From Mobula hypostoma (taxonomy: Eukaryota): a stretch of 64,000 nt of DNA. The notes under the pieces are model-generated. The model was not told the DNA's origin. It did not search any database and worked only from the letters and a program-made list of their open reading frames with translations. Location of the stretch: contig NC_086124.1 in NCBI RefSeq assembly GCF_963921235.1, positions 27,776,001 to 27,840,000 on the forward strand. Reading direction: 5' to 3'. Below are positions 50,101-58,400 of this stretch, piece by piece (position 1 is the stretch's first letter; each line of letters begins with the position of its first letter). Made by a program: the position numbers and the translations under genes.

Positions 50101-53100
50101 TGTGAACATTATCGGGACATGGGTGGAGTGGTGGTACAGATTCGATGAGCCAACTGGCCTCATTCTGCTCCTATACCTTATGGTATAACTTCTCCACACA
50201 GAAAGGGTGGTGGGTATACGAAACGAGCTGCCAGGTGATGCTGTAGAGGTGGCTACATTTGCAATGTCTAAAATGCATGGACAGGAAAGGTTTGGATCAA
50301 CGTTGGCCAAACACAGGCAAGTGGGACGAGCTTACATAGACAATTGGTTGGCATGGATGAGTGGGGCCAAAGGACCTGTTCCTATGGGATATAAATCTAC
50401 GACTCGATCGATGTATGGTTTATTTTTTTTTATATTTAGAGATACAACATGGTAACAGGCCCGTGCTGCCCAAATGCACCAAGTGACCAATTAACCTGCT
50501 AACCTGTATCTGTTTGGGTTTTGGGAGGATACCTGAGCACCTGGAGGAAACCATGTGGTCACGGGGAGAAGGTACAAACTTCTTGCAGACAGTGGCGGGA
50601 ATTGAACCCGGGTCACTGGCGCTGTAATGGCATTACATTAACCATTATGCCACTATGCCACTCCAGTGTAGCAAAGAGCTTCGTATTTTCAGTGCTAAAG
50701 GTAGGAAAATCTTTAAAAAAGCAATAATTTAGATGAAAGAAATTGACATTTTTGGTTGACGTATTGAACATAGAACAATGCAGGCCCTTACAGAAGTGAT
50801 CGAAACAAGAGATATCCAGACAGAGTGCAAAGTGGGAGGGTGTTCCCATTGTCAGCAGGGTCAAAGTTCAGAGGTCACATGGATACAACATAAGGAGAAG
50901 AGAATTCAGGAGAAATTTTTCCACATGGTGTGGTCAGAATCTCGAAGGCTCTGTCAGCAGGTGCGGTGGAGGTGAGCACCACTGGGGCTTTGGAGGGCGA
51001 ATTGGATAAGGACGTGTTAGAAAAATGTGCCGTGGGGAGATGGGGTGGAGTTGGGGAAGTTCTCTGGCAGAGAGCGGTCAAAGACATGATGGGATGGCAA
51101 GCCCTGTTTTTCTGCTGGAACTACTCTGATTTTTCTTTTCAGGCTTGTTGTCAACCATCTGATCTCTTGTTTCTCCCACAGGGGCAAAAGTGCTGAACTC
51201 TCAGCAGACAGGTGAGAAAAATCAATGCTGGTCTCGGGACGGGACGGGACGGGGGGGCACGGAAATCTCCAAAATGTCTATGTGGTGAAGGAACTTAGAT
51301 CAATATTACATTAGATTATGAGGACACGCAGTCCTCTTTTATTGTCATTTAGTAATGCATGCATTAAGAAATGATACAATGTTCCTCCAGAATGATATCA
51401 CAGAAACACAAGACAAACCAAAACTGAAAAACTGACAAAAACCACATAATTATAATATATAGTTACAACAGTGCAAAGCAATACCGTAATTTGATAAGAA
51501 CAGACCATGGGCACTGTAAAAAGAAGTCTCAAAGTCTCTAGAAAGTTCCATCATCTCACGCAGACAGTAGAAGGAAGAGAAACTCTCCCTACCATGAACC
51601 TCCAGCGCCGCAAACTTGCCGATGCAGCATCCTGGAAGCACCCGACCACAGCTGACTCTTGAGTCCGTCCGAAAACTTCGAGCCTCTGACCAGCCCTCCG
51701 ACACGGAGCACCGAGCACCATCACTGCCCAGCGCTTCGACCCCGGCCCCAGCAACAGGCAACAGGCAATAGGCAAAGCCGAGGATTTGGGGCCTTCCCTT
51801 CCGGAGATTCTCAATTGCACAGTAGCAGCGGCAGCGAAGCGGGCATTTCAGAAGTTACTCCAGTGTTCCTCCGCACTTCTTACGTCTGTCTCCATCAAAT
51901 CAGGATTGTGCACTGCCCCTAGTTACAAATACGATATCATTTCGGAGTGGCCGCGCGCGCTGCGTCACGCCGCCATCTTCTCCTCCCCTCCCCATACATT
52001 CGCTGGTATTCAGAAGAATGAGAGGGAATCTTATAGAAAGATGCATATAAAGTTATGAAAGGAGAAGATAAGACAGAGGCATAAGACCATAAGACAACGG
52101 AGCAGAATTAGGACATTTGGCCCATTGAGAGTCTGCTCCACCATTCCGTCACGGCTGATTTATTATCGCTCTCAATCCTGTTCTCCTGCCTTTTCCCTGT
52201 AACCTTTGGTGCCATTACTAATCAAGAACCTGTTGACCTCCATATTAAATATATGCGTGACTTGCACACATGGTGACGAAAAGTTTACATCCTTTGATGA
52301 TAATAAATTTGCTTTGAACTGGCACGGAGGAGAGGAGAGGAGGTGTGGGGTAGATCAGCCATGACTGACAGGGCAGAATTGAGGGGCCGAGTGGCCTACC
52401 TGTGCTCTTTGTCTTGATGTAATTGCCATGGGTGTCGGGGTGGAGATACATCTCTACCAACGGTGGTGTAAGGTGCTCCTTCCCTCCGCTGGCCGGCAGG
52501 GCACCCTTGGGCAAGGTGTAGCACCTGCTTAGCCCCCGATCAGGGTCCTGTGAAGCCATGGGAGCAGGTGGTGGACGGTCATATGAGCAACTGGCGCATA
52601 TCACAAGTCTTGGTTGTGTGACCACTGATGCCAGGCAGACAATCTCTGAAGCGTATTGGTGGGGCGGGGGGGGGTGGTCACCCGTCTTGTAAAGACACTG
52701 CCCAGAAAGCGGCAATGGCAAAGCACGTCTGTAGAAAAATTTGCCAAGAACAATCACGATCATGGAAAGTTCCACCTCATCTGACACAGCACATAACGAA
52801 TGAACGATTCACTTTGCAGGGCTCAGGAGGGCTTATTGCTAACCTGAGCCTTCTACTACAGCAGCGTGACCCTTCCAAGGGTCAAAGAGTTGTCACTGAT
52901 GAAGTTAAACTTTGAACCAACATTTCTTGCTCAGCCTCTTGTAAACAAGGAACAATGGAGTCCACGTTGGCCTAGTGATTGAAGAATAGGAATTTATTTA
53001 ATCTGTGGGACTCATTGCTACTGATGGCTGTGGAGACCAAACTTTGGGCATATTTAAAGTGGAGGTTTGATAGGTTGGGCATGTGGCCAAGTGGTTAAGG

Positions 53101-55498
53101 CATTTGTCTAGTGATTTGAAGGTTGCTAGTTTGAGCCTCAGCTGTGGCAGCATGTTTGTGTCCTTGAGCAAGGCACTTAACCACACATTGCTCTAGTGTC
53201 TGTACGAGGAGTGGCGCCCCACACAGACTTCCAATCTGCACCTCGAAAGGCATGAAAATGCCCGACACAGGCCTCTCATGGTCTGAGTCAACGTTCCCTC
53301 CCTCCCTCCCCGCCTTTGATAGGTTCTTGATTAGTAAGGGTGTCAAGACTGCAGCTAGCGGGGCACTATCTACGCCACCCCGAGCTACCTGCCAGCCTAG
53401 TCATCATATGGGAGCCCAAGCATGGGAGGATGAACCCTGGGCGCCCTCCCAAGACTATGGTCAACATGCTCCTGGAAGAGAGCGGCACGGCTAATGTAGA
53501 TGAACTGAACACACTGATGAAGGAGAGGGAGAAGTGGAGGGTTCGTCATCGTGCCTGATGCCGGCCCCTTAGGCCTGAGTGGACGTAGTAGTAGTAGTAA
53601 GGGCATCGAAGGTCACGGGGAGAATGGGGTTCAGAAGGATGAAAATCAGCCAGTTGGTCTGAAATCCTCTGTCTTATGGTGGTATGGTTTTATGGCAGGG
53701 TGTTGTTCGATTTCATGCCCTATGGCGCATTGGGCGGCATTTTTGGCGTTTCCGTAGCATTTGACTATTTTTTTGCGAGGCAGAGTTGGCGGCTCGACAC
53801 AGAAAGTGTGTAAAGAGCTGGCCGGATTTGAACTCAGGACCATTCGCCTCGAAGTCCAGTGCTGATGCCAGTACACCACTGGCCAGCTTTTATGGCAGGA
53901 TGATACAAGCCTAGGACAAGAGGGATCTTGGGGATACTTACCTCAGATAGGGCTTAAAGTTTTGACTTAAGTTTGGAGCTTAACAGCACACAATATCACT
54001 GCATCCTACAAGATGTCTGTTCTCTCTCTCTCTGTGCAGCAAAGTTCAATAACCAGCGGGGGCTGTGCCGGTTGAACACGTGCAACACGAGCGTTCGGTC
54101 CAGTGACTCTGGCGTCTCCAATTCCAGCGCCAGCTCAGGTACCAGTGTGCTTGTAAACCAGCCTACTCAGTGACCGGCTCCTCCAGTTCAGCCAAACCAC
54201 CATCACCGGCACTCACCCTCTTCAGCCTGCTCTCGAGATGGGCATGGAGGTTGACGGAGTTGGGGGGAAGTAGGGGTTGCGGATGAGGGGGAAGGAGGAG
54301 GAACTGGTTTCTACCTCAGTTTGTGGCAGCTGAGGGCCGGGGTGGGTAGGGTGCGAAGTGGACGGGGAGGGAAGAGAGGGTCAGGGAGGTGAAGGAGGAG
54401 GAGCTGGATTCCATGCTCAGGTAATGGTGTCTGGATGGTTGGGGGCGAGGAGGGGGAGGAATGGAGATTGATGGTGGAGGAGCTCATTCCCTACCCCAGG
54501 TAGTGGCGGCTGGGAGGAAAGGTAGAGGAGGCGATGGTTGGGGGGGAGAAGGAGCTCGTTCCCTCTCTCAGGTAGTGGTGGTTTGGTGGATGGAGGTGGA
54601 AGGGAGGGAGACAGAGGGGGTGAGGCGGAGATTGGGGGCTGGCTGAGTAAGTAGTGGCAGCTGGGGGGGTGGGGTAGAGGGCAGAGGGGGAAGAGGTGGA
54701 CAGGAGGGGAAGGTTAGCGGGGAGGGGTGGGAGTTTCTTCCCTCCTTCAGGTAATCCCAACTGGGGGGAGACGGGGAGGGGGACAGGTGGAGGGAGGGAG
54801 AGGTGGAGGGGAAGTTTGATTCCTACCTCTGTGTTGCTGGCTGGTTGGGGGGAGGAAGGGGGTGGTTAGAGAAGGGGGGAGAGGCTGATTTTCTACCTCA
54901 AGAATTGGAAGCTGGGTGGGCAGGGAAGGGGAGAGGTGGAGGAAGAGGACGAGCGGCTCTCTTCCTCAGATAATGGCTGATTGGGAGGACTGAGTGGGGG
55001 GCGGGTGATGGAGGTTACAACAAGGGGTTTGGGGATTTAGATCGGACCGCACTCTCCACCCACCCCACCAGCTTGTAGTCACGGTCAGGGGCCAGAGGCG
55101 GATGATGCTCCCGCTACCCCCCCCCGGTGTGGTCCAGCGGCCAAGGCACACTGCGCCAACGTCCAGAGGAGAGGGAGAGCTGGGGCGAGAGGGAGACCTT
55201 AACGCCTGCAGACTCCGGAGTCTGGAGCAACAAACAATCTGCTGGAGGAGCAGGACAGCATCCGAGGGAGGAAAGAGGTTCCTTGAAGTTTCGGGTCTCG
55301 GCTCAAAGCGCCAAGAATTCCTTTCCTTCCACAGATGCTGCTCAGCCGGTTGTGATCTTCCAGCACATTGTCTGTGGCTGAGGGAACAAGACTTCATCGA
55401 CCCTTTGCATCTTGCCCGTCTGTCGCGAGAGTTTCCGATCCACCGGCCATTGTATGTTCTTCTTTTCAGGTGATGGACTGACGAAACCTTCCTCTTAA
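23055..55498 (+). CDS. WB: MHC W-category beta chain (WB-like), about 293 aa; join(23055-23121, 25190-25462, 41447-41716, 45781-45894, 51182-51211, 54040-54138, 55470-55498)
   Basis: All junctions are GT-AG and phase 1. Summed length is 882 nt with no internal stop. Domain order is leader, beta1, Ig-C1, TM, tail, with class I-like YAYDG and PxxxGxFQ motifs in a class II-type two-domain chain. The three tail exons are less certain than the first four. Confidence 0.85.
23236..23275. promoter_or_regulatory. Two CCAAT boxes (ATTGG on +) flanking tandem GC boxes; candidate shared promoter element
   Basis: CAGATTGGGGGCGGGGGGCGGGGGGCAGGGGATTGGTT, in a CpG-rich patch about 210 bp upstream of the candidate WA first exon and inside WB intron 1. 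Confidence 0.5.
24009..24553 (-). mobile_element. Internally deleted hAT-like element (545 bp) with BED-finger remnant
   Basis: Perfect 13-bp TIRs CAGACATCCCACC / GGTGGGATGTCTG. The - frame has KYKT...YPCL...ARCTVCNSDFSIAHGG. No clear 8-bp TSD. Confidence 0.7.
24554..25146 (+). repeat. 40-bp minisatellite, about 15 copies, two interspersed variants
   Basis: ACAG(A/G)CCCACCCTCTGGGTAAAACGAT followed by CCCTGTGGTGT(A/G)T or ACCCGTGAAATAT. Degenerate units continue at about 23890-24008. Confidence 0.95.
25190..25462 (+). CDS. WB: WB-like exon 2, beta1 membrane-distal domain (273 nt)
   Basis: gcttcttttag|...|gtaaga. Reads DMHLFHVQCECLFRGLEVDDIRLRYAYDGVTIMYYN...ESICDEIKQAVRSSNITLENM, with a Cys11-Cys74 pair and an NIT sequon. 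Confidence 0.9.
26040..26630 (+). mobile_element. Penelope-like element, 3' fragment (related pieces at about 1-360, 34190-34750, 41270-41400, 60680-61290)
   Basis: Decayed GIY-YIG C-terminus (EEHYLIF...QPDGMN) followed by the pyrimidine-rich tract and the GATGCTGCCTGACCTGCTGAGTTCCTCCAGC-type end shared by all copies. Confidence 0.65.
29340..29975 (-). mobile_element. I-clade (Nimb-like) LINE fragment with RNase H and C-terminal Cys/His motif
   Basis: The - strand reads ICSDSAAA...FSWIPGHAGVEGNEIVD (RNase H) and RLRLGHCGLN...CDCGSPETVQHVLLSC. Confidence 0.8.
30827..34940 (-). mobile_element. hAT DNA transposon, both ends intact (4114 bp), decayed transposase
   Basis: 16-bp TIRs CAGGGG(C/T)GCAGTGCTA and 8-bp TSD GGCCCAAG (30819-30826, 34941-34948). 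Transposase pieces: FSVLIDES, SDGASVM, WHCLNHRLELAV, PISTAECERGFS. Confidence 0.95.
33705..34025 (-). mobile_element. Tigger/pogo-like transposase fragment (CENP-B-type HTH) inside the hAT element
   Basis: LLKSGTSLAEVG...EKALSVWLEDVSQKHIPVDGKIMREK. Confidence 0.7.
35385..36740 (-). mobile_element. Penelope-like element, RT C-terminus plus GIY-YIG endonuclease, decayed
   Basis: The - strand has YIDDCIGAASC (RT) and CGLLYIGEICRRLGDCFAKHL...HLIFHLGSLQPDGMNIDFS. Confidence 0.85.
36895..37455 (+). mobile_element. Rex1/Babar-type LINE, 3' end with (TAAAGTA)n tail
   Basis: HITQTNLPSLDSLHTARCRSSAARIIKDTTHP...LPSGRRIRSLKTRTARFGNSFFP, tail ATAAAGTATAAAGTATAAAGTA. Confidence 0.75.
37640..38660 (-). 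mobile_element. Gypsy pol remnant (RT and RNase H start)
   Basis: GSVRICGDFKVTIN...YPLPRMEDIF...FSKVDL...RCYLDDIIVTG. Confidence 0.9.
40570..41175 (-). mobile_element. Rex1/Babar-type LINE, 3' fragment (similar copy at about 55830-56440)
   Basis: FYSCTVESILIACITVWYGGATAQDRKKLQKVV. Confidence 0.7.
41447..41716 (+). CDS. WB: WB-like exon 3, beta2 Ig C1-set domain (270 nt)
   Basis: ttccttcacag|...|gtaaga. Reads APTHTRAFMQKKRGQMYLVCTARNFFPRDIKVHWVRNG...VVPQSNGAFQVRSV...YVCQVEHEAVDGKLQIPL, with canonical C-W-C. Confidence 0.95.
43085..44310 (-). mobile_element. CR1-clade LINE, 5'-truncated, with open 371-aa RT ORF (43172-44287)
   Basis: DVVYLDFQKAFDKVPH...[13 protein letters not shown]...FADD...LVRPHLECC. 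Many shorter CR1 pieces occur elsewhere. Confidence 0.95.
45781..45894 (+). CDS. WB: WB-like exon 4, connecting peptide and TM (114 nt)
   Basis: ttttctcctcag|...|gtaagt. Reads EHNALVENEDLIIVGVVLGVLGLCAMVVTGSLYYCSSE, with class II beta-type spaced glycines. Confidence 0.92.
47004..49060. mobile_element. Unclassified 2.06-kb AT-rich TIR element inserted in a palindromic Tc1-type MITE (46961-47003 and 49061-49090)
   Basis: Imperfect 20-bp TIRs GAGTGATTCTTCAATTAGCG / rc GGGTGATTCCTTAATTAGAG (16/20). Host halves are TACAGTACTGTGCAAATGTCTTAGG and CCTAAAACTTTTGCACAGTACTGTA. Confidence 0.65.
51182..51211 (+). CDS. WB: WB-like exon 5, cytoplasmic micro-exon (G)AKVLNSQQT
   Basis: ctcttgtttctcccacag|30 nt|gtgaga, phase 1/1. 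Confidence 0.6.
53075..53320 (+). mobile_element. tRNA-derived SINE with CORE/V-like central domain
   Basis: Head GGGCATGTGGCCAAGTGGTTAAGGC and central GTGTCCTTGAGCAAGGCACTTAACC. Confidence 0.6.
53345..53598 (+). mobile_element. RTE-like LINE, 3' end with (GTA)n tail
   Basis: RLQLAGHYLRHPELPASLVIIWEPKHGRMNPGRP, then GTAGTAGTAGTAG. Confidence 0.65.
54040..54138 (+). CDS. WB: WB-like exon 6, Ser-rich cytoplasmic exon (99 nt)
   Basis: tctctctctctctgtgcag|...|gtacca. Reads (A)KFNNQRGLCRLNTCNTSVRSSDSGVSNSSASS, phase 1/1. Confidence 0.7.
54250..55010 (+). repeat. G-rich degenerate tandem array (about 9 units of 70-100 bp)
   Basis: Recurrent core about GAGCTC(A/G)TTCCCT(A/C)CCTCAGGTAGTGG, separated by GGG/GAGG tracts. 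Confidence 0.65.
55470..55498 (+). CDS. WB: WB-like exon 7, last coding exon (G)DGLTKPSS*
   Basis: gttcttcttttcag|GTGATGGACTGACGAAACCTTCCTCTTAAG|gtaaaa; the stop lies 1 nt before a donor. Confidence 0.6.
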
Positions 55499-58400
55499 GG
55501 TAAAAAAATCTGTGAATTGTATCTAGTATTTCAGCTCTGATGTTTATATTAGAGAGAGAAAAAAAATCCCAAGTTTGGCCGGAAGGTGAACAAACTGGTG
55601 GAAATGGGCTCACTAAAAGTTAGCTCAGAATTTTCCAAACAGAAGGTGATTAGTTCATTGTGCATTGTACAGCACAGTACAGGCTACAATTTTGTGCCGA
55701 TTTTTAGTCTGCTCCACGATTAATCTAACACTTCCTTCCTGCCTAGCCTTCAACTTTTTTAAAATCCATGTGCCTATTTATACCTCTATCGGCCTCAAGT
55801 TTGTTCACTCCCAAAGCAATTTTCAGAATCAGAATTAGGTTTATCACTGGCATGAAATTTAGCAGCAGCAGTTCAATGCAGTACATAATATAGAAGAAAA
55901 TAATAATAATAATAAATAAACCAATTACAGGATATGTATATTGAATAGATTAAAAATCGTGAAAAGCAGAAATAATATTTAAAAAAAGTGAGGTAGTGTT
56001 CACGGGTTCAATGTCCGTTTATGAATCGGGGAAGAAGCTGTTCCTGAATCGCTGAGTGTGTGCCTTCAGGCTTCTGTCTCTCCTACCTGATGGTAACGAT
56101 GAGAAGAGGGCATGCCTGCGTGGTGGGGGTCCTTAATAATGGACGCTGCCTTTCTGAGACAAGGCTCTTTGAAGATGTCCTGGGTACTTTGTAGGCTCAT
56201 ACCCAAGATGGAGCTGACTAAATTTACAACCCTATGCAGCTTCTTTCGGTCCTGTGCAGTAGCGCCCCCCCCCCTCACACCCCCCAGATGCAGCCTGTCA
56301 GAATGCCCTCCACGGTACATCTATAGCAGTTTTTGAGTGTATTTGTTGACATACCAAATCTCTTCAAACTCCTAATGAAGTATAGTCGCTGTCTTGCCTT
56401 ATTTATAGCTGCATTGATATGTCGGGACCAGGTTAGGTCCTCAGAGTTGGTTTAAAAGTAAGCCACATCTTCCCTGTAAAGCTGTGGCTCCCACCATTCA
56501 AACCATGCTCTCGTCTTGCCTCTACCATTGGGCAGGGGGTATAGGAGCCCTGAGTCCCTCACTACCAGGTTCAAGAACAGTTATTACCCTTCAACCAGTG
56601 TGGATAACTTCACTCTCCTCAACACGGAACTGACTCCACAACGTACACACTCAACTTCCAGGTCTCTGGAACTCATGTCCTCAGTATTCTTCATTCATTT
56701 CCATTTGCACAATAGTTGTTTATGTGTAGTTTTTCATAAATTCTACTATTTCCCTATTTTCCCATATATGTCTGTAGGAAGGGTCTTTCCTGTGTTGTAC
56801 TGCTCTATGTTCCATGTGTTTGGGTGCCTTTGATTGGCTTTTTACCAAGTTTGGCACATCATTGTGGCCAAACCCTGTGCAGTACTGTTCTACAAAAATG
56901 AATGTCAGTGCAGTTTATGGTGAGATATATAGACCTCAACAATGAACATACTTTGAGCTCAGAGGAATATAAACTCCACTCTTATCGACTCTTGTCTTGT
57001 AGACTCCTGACCTGATCCTGTACATGGAAAATCAGCTTGAAACCAAACTTCTTTGTCCAGTTACTCTTTAAATACCTCACAGCAACTTGGACAACGTTCT
57101 TGCATTGACCGTGAACTCTTAAACAACAACTTCGTCTGAGAATTGTGAAGCATTTCATGTCTTTTTTTTTAACATCAGAGTTATCTCAGTATTTAATCTC
57201 ATCTGCTCTTCCTTCACAGAATGCGAAGCTGGACTCCAACATCTTGGGAACATTCGATGAGTTTTATTTCCATGAAAAGACCAATTTCCTGTTTTGAACT
57301 GGTCTAAGGGGGAGTTTTCCCCTCGTTGTATCTCTGTGACATCTCCCCCTCACCACTCCCCCCTTTGCGATTGAGATCAGTCACTAACATTGTGCTGTGG
57401 AATTATATCATTTCTGAGAAAGCTGCTGGTCCATTTTGAGCCAAGCCTTATTATAAACAGACCTTTTGGGTTTGCCCAGAAATATCGACCAGGATTTTAG
57501 ATATTTAACCCAGTTATATAAAAGTAAGAAAGAATGGGAGCTCATTAACCCTAAAAGTTCTGGTTCCCATTCACTCTCCCCATTTGTAACATGGTAACAG
57601 GTTCAAGGTTCCAGTGAGCGAACCAGACAACACAGATTGTGCGTGAATATGTTAACTATTTATAAATACATTGAAAGTGAAACACTAAACCAGGCATCTA
57701 ACGAAACAAGTGCTTGTCTAAACTACCTTAAACCACAAAGGGCCACAATATGAAACATTTAGAAACTTTTACTCCAATAAATCTCCCCAACCAAGCATGC
57801 TACAAATGAGTACTTAACTAAACAAAAGTGGGGACCTGTCTCTGTCTGCAACACTCTTTCCTAATGATCCTTCAGTGCTGGTCGTGACTTCAGCCTGAAG
57901 CGAGCCCCTGAAGACAGAGGAAAGGGAGTGAGTCTCTCGCATGTGCCATTCTTAAACCCCTAAGCCTCCCGGAACCAGAAACCGGTGCCACGGCGCACAA
58001 GGCAACCAATGGAGAAGAACTGCCACATCCTTTGAATGGACCTATCAATGACGGGCACGGCAGAAGGAGCTTTTGACAGGTTAATAAGCCAACTCCTCTC
58101 ATGACAACAATTCTTGAATACTCTGTCTTCTGTCCAAACTAATTTATGTGCCTCATTAAGATACTGAGACAGCCTTTAACAATCAGAAGCATTACAAATT
58201 AATACTACATATTTAAAACATAGAGACATAGAGATGCTTAAAGCAATTAAAATGTTTAAATTAATAATAAAACACGTATATTCAGTTATTAAAAAAAAGA
58301 TACTGAGACAGCTTTCTTTGACCGACCCATGACAACTGTTGACTAATAATGTGAGGCCAATGTTCCTACTCTTGGACCAGTCTCTTTGTGAGCGATGGGG

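Noticed and set aside
57860-57935. Exon-like stretch (ccttcag ... gtgagt) downstream of WB
   Set aside because: About 52 nt with no recognisable coding content or compatible neighbours; the splice-like motifs may be chance.
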